Position numbers and translations under genes: made by a program. This document shows positions 1 through 12,629 of a stretch of DNA of 64,000 bases, one piece after another; the stretch's first letter is position 1, and every line of letters begins with the position of its first letter. The notes below the pieces were generated by a model. That model ran no database searches, had not been told where the DNA came from, and worked only from the letters and a program-made list of their open reading frames with translations. Source of the stretch: Vicugna vicugna (Eukaryota); NCBI GenBank assembly GCA_013265495.1, contig MU058206.1:186001-250000 (forward strand), in the 5' to 3' direction.

Positions 1-182
1 CACCAGAGAAAGCAGCCCTATCACATCCAACCCACCCCCACTAAACCTCAGATCTATGGTTCTTCGTACTCTTAATTTCTCAGACATATTCTCTTTTTAT
101 TGAAGTCACAGACCCAAGGGAGATTCCTTCATCCTTTTCAAACAACTTCTGAGCCAACCCTCATCCCACTCTAAGGTTTCAC

Positions 183-313
183 CTGGGTTGGGTAGTTGAC
201 AAACTGTAGTGCTGAGTTGCTGGAGACCATGGCACCCAAATAGGAGACAGAACAGGCAGCATAGAGCCAGCTCCGAGTACGATCCACCCTGGCAGTGTCA
301 AAAAACTGGATCA
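183..313 (-). CDS. SLC35B1: SLC35B1 coding exon 3 (131 nt; [44 protein letters not shown]); gene continues off the left edge
   Basis: Translation matches the recalled mammalian SLC35B1 (UGTrel1/AXER). Acceptor cccag|TG at 313, donor CAG|GTGAAA at 183; phase fits exon 2. Confidence 0.96.
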
Positions 314-907
314 CTGGGAGAAAACAAAAGAAACATACATCCTGGTGGGCCAAGGACGGACCACTGAGCAAAAGTCGAAGCCGCATGAAGGGAACTTGTC
401 TGTCAAATTACAGGAGAAGCACAAACTATTTCTGTCCTCTTGGACTGGGAAATCTCTCAAGATTCTCTAACTCTCCAATCCCACCTAAGCCTACCCCAGA
501 CCACATGCAGGGCTGGAGTGGGGGGCTGCTCATTCAGTTCAAGGAACTAGTCAGACCTGCTGCTAGCCCCCAGGGTAAAAAGAGAGAAAGCTCAAAACAT
601 GCTTGACACTGACACATAAAGGAAAATCAAAAGGACAAAGAAAACACTCTGAAGTATTCTCATGAGGATCTGGAACACAGAAGATCCATTCTTTGCACCC
701 TTCTGACTAAGAAGTTGATCTAATTTAAGGAAATAGGATTTCACCCTTTTCCAAAGCCATTAGTTTTATAGATTGAACAGAGGCTGTTGTGAGCGCTAAA
801 ACGGTTGGGGATCTTCAGAGTTAGACCTGAAGGTTAGATCACTGCCTAATGCCTAGGATACAAAAGCAGGGGCAGAGGACACAACAGATTACTATCTAGG
901 TACTCAC

Positions 908-1011
908 AGATCTTGGCAAACACTGCATTGATCACACACTGGATGAAGACCAAAGTTAAGGCAAAAGTGAACGTCTCCTGCTTGGCTCCCTCCCCATACT
1001 TTCCTCTTGTT
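908..1011 (-). CDS. SLC35B1: SLC35B1 coding exon 2 (104 nt; [34 protein letters not shown])
   Basis: Protein match; acceptor ttcttag|A at 1011, donor T|GTGAGT at 908; AT+A gives Ile across intron 1. Confidence 0.96.
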
Positions 1012-1686
1012 CTAAGAATGAAATGCATGAGAAAATGGGAAGGAATTAGTTCATTTCCCTCCGTATCATCTAGTAATCCAGAGCCACTGAAAGCCTTGAA
1101 ATTATCTTGCTTCTCTAGATGTAGGGAGAGTTTGGTAAGGATCACTGGGTTCATTTACAACAGGAGCTGATTTTATTGGATCAGCTAGACATCGCAGGCC
1201 GCTGATGCCATAGCCTAGGGAAAGTATATCCGTAAAGGATGGAGCTAGAGGAAACGTGGAAAATTAGTTGGTGAAACAAGGTATCCCACGCAGCAAAAGA
1301 AAGGATCTAGGCTACATCAGCAGGGCCGAGGGCAAAAGAATCAACTGCCAGCAGGCATCTGGGAGTTCCAAAGAGGGGCCGGCACAGGTCATGGAAACCT
1401 CAGCCTGCAAAACTCAGCCCCTTAGGACCAACAAGAGAGAGAGAGAGAAAAAAAAAAAAAGCCATTAAGGGAAGAAAAATAACCAGGTCACGAGAATCCA
1501 GAGACTAGCTTTCACTTTTTGGAAATCTGGGGAGGTTCAGCCGCGGCCGCAAAGGTGTCGGGGTGCTGGGAGGGCGAGGCGCAAGGGGGAACACCGGGGC
1601 CAGGGGCGGGAGGACCGCGAACCCGGAGACAAGGCGGGATTGGGGTGCGGGAGGTGTCTGCATTTCGACCCCGGAGATCCGCTCAC

Positions 1687-1790
1687 ATCTTTTCCTGCAG
1701 GATCCCATAGTAGAAATAGCAGACAAAGACGCCGAGGAAGCAGAGCGGCAGGCGCAGCCGGTCAGGCACCAGAGAGCTGCTAGCGGCCAT
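1687..1790 (-). CDS. SLC35B1: SLC35B1 coding exon 1 from the canonical ATG ([35 protein letters not shown])
   Basis: ATG at 1790-1788; protein match; donor AT|GTGAGC at 1687. Confidence 0.96.
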
Positions 1791-1895
1791 GAGACGCCCG
1801 GACGACACGACCGGAGACCCGCTCACAGCCGGCAGCGGCAGCGGCGGCGGCGACAGGTCCAGCCGGACATCGCCGACCGGCGACAGGGGCCTCAT
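1791..1895 (-). CDS. SLC35B1: In-frame 35-codon N-terminal extension of SLC35B1 ([18 protein letters not shown]...), long isoform
   Basis: Open frame from ATG 1895 into ATG 1790; resembles the recalled human long-isoform start MRPLPPVGDVRLELSPPP. Confidence 0.7.
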
Positions 1896-2169
1896 AGGAG
1901 CTGCATGCGACCGGCGCACCGCAGGGCCCAGCAGCCACCGCCAGAACTGCCAGCTCAGGGCCACCGAGGGGGAAACGCTTCAGAACTGAGTACCCACTTC
2001 CAAGGAAAGACGACCTGCCCTGGGGCCTTGCCTTCATCCCTGATGGCCAGGGGAGCTAGGTGCCCCGAAGGTAACGCCTTGCCGTCGGGACTTTCCGATC
2101 AGGCAACTCCGAGGACAACTGCGACCCTGAGCGAGACGGGATGGCCTAGGAGATACGCGGGCGTAGAAT

Positions 2170-2203
2170 GATGACGTCTGAGGATGTGGAGGTGGCCAAT
2201 TGG
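2170..2203 (-). promoter_or_regulatory. ERSE-like CCAAT-N9-CCACA (2203-2185) next to a CRE/UPRE-like GATGACGTC (2170-2178)
   Basis: Minus strand reads CCAAT TGGCCACCT CCACA with exact 9-nt spacing; ERSE consensus is CCAAT-N9-CCACG. Confidence 0.55.
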
Positions 2204-4296
2204 CTGCGCCGTACTCGGACAGACAGGTGGGCGGGAAGGAGGAGTACGCCGGCTGGGCAAATCGAATAGTCTTTTTCCCGGTCGGCTGTCGGGTTTCTCT
2301 GCGGGGTCCTAATGCCTGAAAACTCTCAATGGAACTCCAGCGCCCCCTAGCTGCTGCGCAGCGTTCCCGACTCTACTCCCTCGACCCGAGGAGCGTTCAA
2401 GGCCTGATTTAGGGGAGCAGTCCTCCTCCTCGGCACATCTCTAGCCTTCCAAGGGCGGCAGGGATCTTCTTTCCGCTCTGTCACTTAAAGGCAGGATAAC
2501 CTACCCTTGTCACCTAAATTCTGGGCCACAGTTTTCCTAGTCTGTGCGTAGTCTATAGGGATAATTAATAATAGCCATCTTGTCGCCTCTTGACTTCTGA
2601 GGATCAGATAATCTGAGGTTTGTGAAAGTGTTTTGTAAACTGTAAATTGTGCTGTGCAAGTTTAAGGTGTTTATTAGTCATTACTCTTTCTCAGCTCTGA
2701 TCTTATTTCCTCACATCCTGGAGGTGGAAATAGAAGCTTGTCGAAGTGTCTTTTCTGCAGGGTCTTACAGCTCACCAACAATGGAGCAAACCCTCAGGCA
2801 TTAATGAGCTCCTTATTGGACTCCTCCCTCATCCAAGTGTTGGGCCTCCACTTGCTGATGCTAAGAGCAGGGCCAGATTGACCCCAGGGCTTTCCGCTAC
2901 CACTCACGCCCTACCTTAATCCTTGGACTCTAGGCAGCTATCTGGGTAGAGGCTACTTCTCCCCTTCTAGCAGCCTGCCCCTTTGGCACAGCCTCAGGCA
3001 AGGGAAGGAAACTCGGGGCAGCACCACACCCATCGCTCTGGGCCTGACTCACTAAGACTTTGGGGGTAGGCCAAACATCTTTCAGGGGAGGGGTAAGAAG
3101 TAGAAGATAGGGTCTGGCCTCAAACCCCTATCTCCTATGTATTAGTTAGGGAGGGGGACCCCCACACATCTGCTCCCTTGCCCAGTGGCTTACTCTACTG
3201 TATTAGCCCAAGATTCCAGGGCACCGAGCTGGGTCTCCAGTCCCAGCTCTGCCTCTTTACCAGCTGAGACTTCAAACAATTCACTTGACCTCTGAGTCAA
3301 GTTTCCTCATCTGAAATGAATGGAAATAGAATAACAAGCAGGAGGGCACTGTAGTTAGAAGCATGGGCACTGGATTCAAATGATCTCGTTCCCAATCCGA
3401 GCTCCCCAACTTTGTATCTGTTTTTTTGGTGGTTATTCCATATTTTTCTTTCACTCATTAGTACAGTGGGATTTATCACATTGGGTTGTTGTGATATTTG
3501 TGTTATTTTATATAAAGCATTTTACAGTGTATCTGGCGCTTACCTAACCAATGAATGGCTGTTGGGAGAGCCTGGCTTAGGAGTTTGAGATTTTATGAGA
3601 TACAGTTGTAGTTATTATGACTGCCCTTGGGGTAGTCCACTATTCACCCATACAATGGCGATAACGCCTCTTTTGTGAAAATGCTTTGTAAATTGCAAAG
3701 TACCATCAGAATGTTGGGATGGCTATTCTCATTTACCCAAAAACCTAAGAGCTCTTAACTGGTGTGGCACTGTAAAGCTGAGAGGCTACAAAAGGACAGG
3801 AAGTTTCTTCTCCCCTCTGTGTTGTGGCTACTAATATGCAACGAATACTCAAAAGGAGCTAAAGCTTCCTTAAAACTGTGCCAAGAGATTCAACCTGAAT
3901 GCCATTCCCTGGTCTTATTTCCCCTTGCTGGTTGGTGCAAGGAGCACCCACAATGTCAAACTGTCTCCCCTTGGTCACCCTCATTTCCCCACTGAAAACT
4001 ACTCTCCCTAGGGTGCTTTTCCAGACTCACCTAAGAATGGATGACTTCCCCACCAACTGCTTCACCCCACCTGCACCACACTCTTCACTCCGGACAGCAT
4101 TTCTCTGGACCCTGTTTATATGCCCATGTAAAGAATACAAGCCTGGTGGTGGCCTGAGGACAGAGACTCTGTATCCACCCACATCCACCTTAGGTGTTCA
4201 GTATAGGCTCCTCTTGAAGACAAGGATGAAGTGACTAATGTGAGCCCTTCAATCTCTAGCCTGGGCCCTCCCTCCACAAAATATGTAACAGAACCT

Positions 4297-5221
4297 GAAG
4301 CTGCTGGGAATACTTATTTATTTGGCCTATTAACACCAAGATCTGCCAAAAAACAACTTCTAAACACAGGATAATAAAACTTGAACATTAACNNNNNNNN
4401 NNNNNNNNNNNNNNNNNNNNNNNNNNNNNNNNNNNNNNNNNNNNNNNNNNNNNNNNNNNNNNNNNNNNNNNNNNNNNNNNNNNNNNNNNNNNNNNNNNNN
4501 NNNNNNNNNNNNNNNNNNNNNNNNNNNNNNNNCCTGGGGCAAGTGGAGGGTGAGAAGCTGCCATTTGCCACCCGAAGGAATGGCAGCTCTCCCTCTCCTC
4601 CACTACCCACCTGGGGCCGGGCAGCCTGGGCTGCTGCTTAAGACAATCTTAGGGTGAAAGCGAGATGAGAATGCCACTTGGGAAAACGCTTGGTTCCCCC
4701 TCTGCCAGCAGCTGGATTGGTCAAGTGTTATGGCCCTTCAGGGCTGCTTTGGTCAGCTCCTCCAGTGAGAGGGAGGCACGGGGACTGGGGCTGAGAGGGT
4801 TGGGGGTCTCTTCTTCTGCGACTGCGGCGGAGAGGGAAGGCAATCTGCGGTGTCCCCTCTCCTTCAATCACGGCCAGCTTGCTCCGTGATAAACCCAAGG
4901 GCCCTGTACCCAGTCCTTTGGATTCACACCCAGGGATGGGGGACCCCAGACCTTCCGGGTGAGTTTTCCACCAAGTGAGGGAGGTGGCAAGAACACAGGG
5001 GTGGCTTGTGAGCTGCCCAGCTGCTAGTGGAGAAGGCGGGTCCCCTCACATTTGGAGGGGCCGGTGTCCATGAGAAAGAGGACCCAGGGCTTTGACACAA
5101 TAAATGAAAGTGCTCGAAGGCCGAGAGGGAAGGGCTCCTTCATCCCCCACCTCAGGGGAGCTAGGGAGGGGCCTGCCACCAAGGCACTGGTCTCCGTGGT
5201 GAAGGGGTGGGGGTGGGGCTC
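4297..5221 (-). other. FAM117A: FAM117A 3' UTR (contains an N-gap at 4393-4532)
   Basis: Interval between the stop codon and the inferred poly(A) site. Confidence 0.7.
4317..4322 (-). terminator. Probable FAM117A polyadenylation signal AATAAA
   Basis: tttatt on the plus strand about 900 nt downstream of the stop codon; cleavage would be near 4297. Confidence 0.7.
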
Positions 5222-5522
5222 TCAGACCACCAGGGAGCTCTGGAAAAGCACAGGCTCTTCTGACGGCGGGGTGCGCTGCCAGGGCTCGAATGGCAGTGAG
5301 GAGGCCTTGGAGGCCTCTGGGTCCTTCCGAGGCGGCGGCCTGGGGCTGGCCGGGGGGAGCGGGGACCCCGGACTTGAGGGGCAGTTACGGAAGATGAAGC
5401 CCATGCTGGGGAAGAGGGGCTTCATCAAGCTGACGGGGCAGAAGGCCGAGCCGGTCGGGTTGAAATGGACTTTGTTCTTGTCAGGACAGGAAGTCAGGAA
5501 GGCCCGGTCAGGACCTGGGGAC
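5222..5522 (-). CDS. FAM117A: FAM117A exon 8 (last coding; SPGPDRAFLTSCPDKNKVHFNPTGSAFCPV...FQSSLVV*)
   Basis: Conserved FAM117/GLCCI1 C-terminal motif CPDKNKVxFxPTGSAFC; acceptor tcctccag|G at 5522; TGA at 5224-5222. Confidence 0.96.
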
Positions 5523-5953
5523 CTGGAGGATGGAGAGAGAAACAGAGACATACGCATGTGCACACGCACATACACACAGAGAGAAACAGCTAGTGAGGAG
5601 GGATGAGAGGTGTCACCGCGTCAGGGGGGCAGGGCAGCTGGGTCTCTGTTCAAACAGGCGGATCGCTTGACCAAAAACCGACAGGCTGCTGAGCAACAAC
5701 CAGTGTTTAGGCCCCTCAGCTCTCCATGTTTCAGAAATACGGCTAAACAACAGGAAATCTACTTTCGCTAGAAACAGGAGGAATTAAAGCTGGACAGGAA
5801 GAAGAACTTCCTGACGTGATTCTAGAAGGGGAGACTGAGAGATCTTTAAATTTGAGAGATTTTATCAGTGAACAGTGTTTGCGGGGTAGACCACCTGCCT
5901 GACAGCAGAGATCCAGGCAAAAGTGACTTTCTTAGACGTTGCATAGCTTAAAG

Positions 5954-6174
5954 CAGGGAGTCTCAGCCTTAGCACCACTGGCATTTTGGGCTGGATAATT
6001 CTCGGTTATCACACAGGGGCTATCCCGTCCAACGTAGGATGTTTAACAGCATCCCTGACCCCCACCCACTGTACGCCAGTAGCACAAAACTTCTCAAGTT
6101 GCGAAAACCAAAAATGTCTCCTGACATTGCCAAATGTCCCCTGGGGGAAAACTGTCCCCCAGTGAAATCTACTG
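5954..6174 (-). mobile_element. MER20-like hAT-Charlie DNA transposon
   Basis: Reverse complement matches the recalled MER20 (ccccaggggacatttggcaatgtc...ggagacatttttggtt); both ends present; degenerate 8-bp TSD gcttaaag/gcctcaag. Confidence 0.85.
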
Positions 6175-8293
6175 GCCTCAAGAATCTAATTCTTGAGCAG
6201 ATTTGAAAGGTGTGATTTTCAAAACCCTTGGTGAGAGGAAAGGACAGCAGCTAGACCTTATCAGGAGATCTGGATTCTAACTCACAATGTGGTCTTGGCC
6301 TGACCTGCCTCACCTTTAATGTGGAAAGAATCCCTGCCTTTCCAATCATGTAGGGAAAATGGAAGGATTAAAGGAGGTCAGGTCAGAGTGTTCTAGAGTA
6401 AGGAATCCTTGTGATAAAAAAAAGAAGACTGTCTGGCTGTGCTTTGGGGTGAAACGGTCCTGAGAAGCTGCTGCTTGTGAGGATTGCGGGTGAGAAGACA
6501 CACGTGCAGGAAGACGTTCAGATGTATGTAGAGAAGAATGCTCTTCGTGTACAGCTTGATAGATCGATTGCATTTTAATTGTAGAATTCTAATCATTCCA
6601 AACCCAGGAAGAAGCGCGAGGCATGCAGAGGAGGGCTGAGCCTGGCACAGCGTGAGGGGTAGAAGAGGTGGAGGGAGGTGAGGGCCCGTGTGTGGGTGTG
6701 CTTGGAAGCCGGGGTCCCAGAGGGCTCTGCAGTGGCAAGGTGGCCTCTGACTGAGAAGGGCTTGAAAGCATCCGCCTTTAGGAAGGGGTGGGGAATGGCC
6801 AGAAGAGGGAGCGCTCTCGGTGTGTGCATGCACGTGTGGGGAAGGTGACCCTGAGGAGACCAAGTAACGCTCGAAGGACATGAGGGCAACCAGCATGACC
6901 CTGAATGGCTTGATTCCCTCCCTGGCATATCCAGGCTCTCTTCCAGGATTGGCAGCCAGTAAGGGGAAAATGTGGCAGAAGAACCACTTAGCACATGAAC
7001 TTCTCAGGAGGAAAGTTCGTACAATGAAGAGACCCCAAGGAGCTGAGAATTCCTACCCTAGGATATCTTAGAAAGTAACTGATGGCTCAGCACCTCTCTT
7101 AAAGGGTTAACATAGGGGCAGGAAGCTAGATGAGATGACTTGAAACCTCTTCTGGCCTGATGAGTCTACAAAAGAATCAAGTCAAGCAACAGCCTAATTT
7201 CAAGCAATTCCAGGTTGTAATTACACAACCATAATGTGGACTAGGGATGGTACAAGAGCCCAGAGTCTGCTTAAGGTACCAGATCTGGCCTCTTCCCTCC
7301 ACACCACCCAGAGGACCAAGGGTTCCTGGAGAGTTGCCAGGCAACACTGATGGGAGCAACACCCTAGCGCCCATGGTTTTCTCCTAAGTCCCTCTCTGGG
7401 CTATGGATGTGCCTTCTGCTACTACCATGGGTTGTCCTCTCCCTTACCTGAGACACAGGTGGAGCCAGCAAGGCCCCAAACCCTGTCCAACTAGAACCCC
7501 ACTCACACTCCGTAACTAAACCTTCTGACTGTCACCAAAACCACAGCTTCCACTGTGAATCTGCCCCAACAAATAAGAAGTTGGTGGGGGGAACCCAATG
7601 TGCTCTATTCTCAGCTCCTGCTCAGGGGACTGTGGGGCACTTGGAAAGTTTCGGCTCTTGATTCTCCCTGCTAATGGGAGGCAACTGTAGTAAAGAAATC
7701 AACTTCAGAGTGACTTCTGAATTGTCCAGACTGGTTTGGGAATATTCCACAGTCCCTACTTGCAAGGACTGGAAATTTCTGTCTAGGAGTTCATAACATT
7801 TGAACCACTACAGCTGCAGGGTGAGGAGATCTGACTCAGAAGCAGTGAGAAAGCTGTTCAGGCTCCCCCCGCCACTCCGGTGGGCATGAGACCCTCCTAA
7901 GCTCTGCCTGAAGAGAATCACTGGTATGTTCTCTCTCTCTGATTATGGTCTAGCAAATTCTCACACCTTCCCTGGGGTTGGAAAAAATAGAAGAAACAAA
8001 GGGTTTAGGTTTCAGATCTCTTTCCTTTCCAGCTGCTGCTGCATTTGTGGCTGGCATGTGGGCAGAGAGCAGGTTTCTATGGAGATAATGATAAGCAGAG
8101 ATTTAGGTGCTCAGAGGAGGTAATGTCAACAAGTTTGATCATGGAAAGACTGCAATACCGATAATCTACAGTTGACAACATCTCCAGGAAGAGAGAGTCC
8201 AAGACTGCGGAGCGGCCCATCGGATGGGACGACACAGGGCTCAGCCCGCATCCCTATCCCTCTGTCGCATGCCCCGTCCGTCTGAGGTACTCA

Positions 8294-8617
<324 letters not shown>

Positions 8618-9575
8618 TCAAAAATACAGATCTTGTCATTCAGGATAAAAAATACAGTTGAACTGATGGAAAAAATCAATCTTCCCAGGAGGTAGTTTAC
8701 GATTGAAACTCCTAGTCTCAGAGTTAAAGGAATCCTAACGTCTGTGTCTCTGCCTCCTTCCAACAGGCACCGCCCTGCCTGCCAACATACCACAGCTTCT
8801 TCCTTTCCACAGCCTTGAAAATCTATCCCTTCTTCCAGGAAGAGCTCTTGTACTGACTCAGAGAAGCAATCTTTACTCAACCCCACTTGTGGGATAAAAT
8901 TCCTCTCGCTTTCCACACAGTGAATGTACTTTGCCTAGGCTGCAAATATTGACTTTATCTGTTATTTATCTCACATTTACTCTTTATTATTCTAAGCTCT
9001 GTTTACCTCTGTATTGTTAGATCATGCCCTTGACCAGCCTACCTCGTGGAGTTGCCGTGAGGATCAAGTTAGGTGACACAGGCAACAGTGCGCTAGAATC
9101 TAAGGATCATTATTACTGGGAGAAGGGACTGTCTACTCCAGGGCACAGTCAAAAGTGAAGGTTTGGAGTCAGAAAGTTTGGGTTTTGATCTGGGTCAGAC
9201 TGTGTGACCCTGGGCAAGGGACCACATTCTTTTATTGATAGATATAATCCCCTTGAGATGTACTGCTGGTAATGGGGACAGTGGACCCCTGAACAGGTAC
9301 ATGGGCTCCCCACTATGGCATGCTAAACCACAGCCAAAGAACGGGATGGGAGGGATTGCTTCTCTGTATTATGGCGAAGATTAAATAAAACTCTAAGTGC
9401 AGAAACTTTATAAATTATAAATCAGAATCTATATCAAGGACTAGAATAATGTATAGAATAAAGATGACTCATAAAGATATTCTAGTTGGTTAGTAAGTAA
9501 AAATGCCCAGCCAGAAACTAATGCAAGGTAGAGAAGGGCCCAGAGACGGCCCTGTGCCTCAGTCTCCCAGCTTAC

Positions 9576-9777
9576 CTTTGTCGGTGGGGATGGACGCCAG
9601 TTCTTCGGCTGTGCCCCGCTGCTCCTCACGGCTGGTCTGGCCAGAAGGCTGGGGGGATGCCAGGGGCATGGAGGGAGAGCTGGCAAGGTTTCCAGGCTCC
9701 AGGAGGAGGAGGGGGTGATCACAGCTGCTGCTCTGGGGGGGAGCTGGGGCGCGGTGCCCGTCTGGGATTTCAAGGAT
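9576..9777 (-). CDS. FAM117A: FAM117A exon 6 (202 nt; ILEIPDGHRAPAPP...ELASIPTDK)
   Basis: Motif IPDGHRAP; acceptor cag|ATC, donor G|GTAAGC. Confidence 0.96.
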
Positions 9778-10862
9778 CTGCCGGGGAATAATGTGGGTCT
9801 CAGCTCTCAAGCCTGTCTCTTCAGGCCAGCAGGGCTGCGGTGACCCTCAGGGTCCTCTATTCACAACACACAGTGACAGCAGGACACCATTTCCTCACGT
9901 CACTGATTTCCCCCACGACCCTCAATCTTGGAGACACCTCCTTCTGTTTCTCCTGGAGCACTTCGTTCTTTTGACTTTATGATGACATATTAATTTTATG
10001 GTTTCATCACGTGTCACCCCCGCCAGGCTCTAAGTGTGCAAGGACCTCCTGTGTGTCAGGCTCTGGGAACACAAAGGTGAGTGACACATAGGGCATGAGA
10101 GGGGGCAAACCACCAGGACACTGCAGCGGCTGCAGGCTCCTGCAGGATGGGCATGCAGACTCTTATTCTGTATTAAACACACCCCTCTCCTTTTTAACAT
10201 TCAGTGGTACTTGTATCCACAGCTCACCAACCTGTGTGCGCATGTAAAATCCTACATATACACATATTAAAAATCAACTAGCAAGTAAATCATAAACTGA
10301 GGAGTGTGTCCATTAGAATTATATTAATACTGCCCAAATAGCATTCCCCGATTTTCCTGTGTCAGTACGGCAATGTGCCTGAGACTGCAGAAAGGGGAAC
10401 GAATAATTCTGCCTGAGAGTGGGGTCGGGGAGAAGGCCGCACACAGGCAACTGGGCGTGAAGGGTGAACGAGTGTCACCAGGTAGAGAGATGGGGGGAAA
10501 GGAAGTGGTGACACAGGCTCAGCTGGGTGACAGTGACAGTGATGAGTACACTGGGACGGCTGAGCTGGTGCTCTGGCTGAAGCGTGATGCCAGTCCCTTC
10601 CTCCCAGCTGGAGCCCTCCTCTCTGCAGGCCTCTGCATCTTCTCACCACCGCAAAGCCTTCCCCAACTAGGCCCCCATCTCTGCTGTTCTTGTGGTTCAG
10701 TCCGTTTGAAGTTGTGTTCCTCCCACAGGGTGTTGGTCGCATGCTGCTCTGTTGATGTCTGCACAGCCTGTGAGCCCCCAGGCAGCCAGAGTCCCACCTC
10801 CCCGTGTCCAGACTCAGCAGGATGCTGCCGGTCCATGCATGCAGGGTGCGGCCCCCACTCAC

Positions 10863-10997
10863 CCGCAGCAGCTCCTCTTCACCCTGCTCCTTCACAAACA
10901 CCTCCTCCAGCTCTTGGTTGAGCCCTTCCAGGCTCCGGTGCAGGCAGGGGCTAAGTCGCAGGACAGGGGACCCTGAGGGGAAGCTGGGCGGGGATGC
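10863..10997 (-). CDS. FAM117A: FAM117A exon 5 (135 nt; ASPPSFPSGSPVLRLSPCLHRSLEGLNQELEEVFVKEQGEEELLR)
   Basis: Motif SLEGLNQELE; acceptor cag|GCA, donor CGG|GTGAGT. Confidence 0.96.
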
Positions 10998-11432
10998 CTG
11001 AAGAGGAGGCAAATGAAGCCATCACTGAACCCCCTAAGTTCCCCTACAGTTACCAGTTCTGACGGGGTCGGGAGGAAGTAGGTGGGTACAGTCACGTCTA
11101 CCCAGCAGAACCAAGTGAGTAAAGGAGAATCTGGGGACAGTTACCGATTGCAATAGGTCCGTCCATGGGGTTTTCTCCATATGGTAGACCTTTGAGAGGC
11201 CTACAGTGTGCTTTTAGAGTCTGCACCATTGCCTGAATTATACAGAGGGTGGGGATGGAGGAGAGAGAACTTCAGAACAGCAAGGAGCCCTTCCCAATGT
11301 CACTCAGCAAGTCCAAGTTTGCACTAAAACTTCACCTGGAACCATATGGCCACTGGGCATGCAGTGTGGTAGGGCTCAGAGGACCCGCCCTGGAGGATGA
11401 CAAAGGGGAGAAGGCTGGGGGAGAAAACGTAC

Positions 11433-11543
11433 CCTCAGTGCTCCCCGCACAGCATGGTCCCCTTGCACTGGGGAGCCCCGCTCCTTCTCTTTCCCACTGC
11501 GGCTCAGCTTTGTCCTCTGCAGCTGCTGCTTCAACTTGGTAAT
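11433..11543 (-). CDS. FAM117A: FAM117A exon 4 (111 nt; ITKLKQQLQRTKLSRSGKEKERGSPVQGDHAVRGALR)
   Basis: Motif KLKQQLQR; acceptor cag|ATT, donor AGG|GTACGT. Confidence 0.96.
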
Positions 11544-11650
11544 CTGGTGGCCAGGAGAGGGGAAGAGGACAGGCGGGTGAAGCAAAGGAAGGACACTGGG
11601 TCTCCTCTCCCAGGCGTAGCCAGAAGCCCATACATAAAAGGAAGATGTAG

Positions 11651-11804
11651 CGGAGGGAATAACTTAGTGGTAGAGAGCATGCTTAGCATGCACAAGGTCC
11701 TGGGTTCAATCCCCAGCACCTTCATTAAATAAAATAAAATAAATAAATAAATAAATAAGTACACCTAATTATCTCCCCACAAAAAACAAAACAAATTTTA
11801 AAAA
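11651..11804 (+). mobile_element. Camelid tRNA-derived SINE (Vic-1-like)
   Basis: A box (ttagtggtagag), B box (gggttcaatccc), (TAAA)n tail and cctaatt..cccc tail motif shared with other copies in the window. Confidence 0.85.
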
Positions 11805-12629
11805 TGAGAAATAAAAGTTATATGGAAGTTCATCTTCCACCTCAAAATGCCTCAGTGGTGTTCAAAACTGTGATGACAGGTTCATCGGGCAAGCTGGATA
11901 CCATATTAGCTAGATGATTTGATTTTTTTTGGAATCACCATGTAGTCCACAGATGGCTCAGGTTCCAAAAAATTAAAAATACGCAATACTGAAATCATTT
12001 CTGTCTTTCACAGATTCCAAAGGCATGGACTACTCCTCTATTAATAGAAATGGGAAATGATGTGTTTGAGTTCACTCCTCAAAACACATTCACAGCTATC
12101 TCAAAGGCCCTGGGACCAGGAAGGATGGAAGGATTTCCCCCCATTTTAAAGTAGACGGCAGTGGGCAGGGAGCAGCCTCTCGAGAAGGAACATCAGATTT
12201 GGTCCCAACTTCACATCCTGAAACAATTAGGGATTATCATCAACAATTGTGAATGTTCTCCCTGTCACATTTGGAATTCTGGACCTACTTGCCCTTAGTG
12301 TAAATAACTTGTTCACTCTGATCATCACAAATTTTAAATACTTTGTATGTCCCACTAGCATTAACTATTTCACATTCTCTCTCTGTTCTTGCAACCAAGA
12401 GGGCAGGAGCTACTCCCCTGTAAAGGGTAACTCCCAGAGAGCTGGCCCTCCCCTGGGCTGCCACACAGCATGCCAGGCAAAGAAGGGTTGGGAGCCCTGG
12501 AATCCAGTCTATGGCTTTCTCTACTCACCCCCAACCACTGGAGCCCTCGTGAGAGGGAGGGAGGGCTGGGAAAAAAGTGTTTGGGAACACATCACTATTT
12601 TTCTTTTCTTTTAAAAATAAGGTTGGATG

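Larger units (their letters stand above)
1540..2420. promoter_or_regulatory. CpG island / promoter of SLC35B1
   Basis: High GC and CpG density spanning exon 1; GC-box-like, CCAAT and TGACGT motifs at about 2160-2240. Confidence 0.9.

Noticed and set aside
5052-5606. 184-aa plus-strand ORF, and similar ORFs at 1563-2171, 10373-10921 and 45192-45991
   Set aside because: Antisense shadows of real exons or of GC-rich, stop-poor sequence; several start at non-ATG codons or run through Ns.
10362-11012. 216-aa minus-strand ORF as a single long exon
   Set aside because: Only 10863-10997 matches FAM117A and it has a canonical donor; the rest is open intron.
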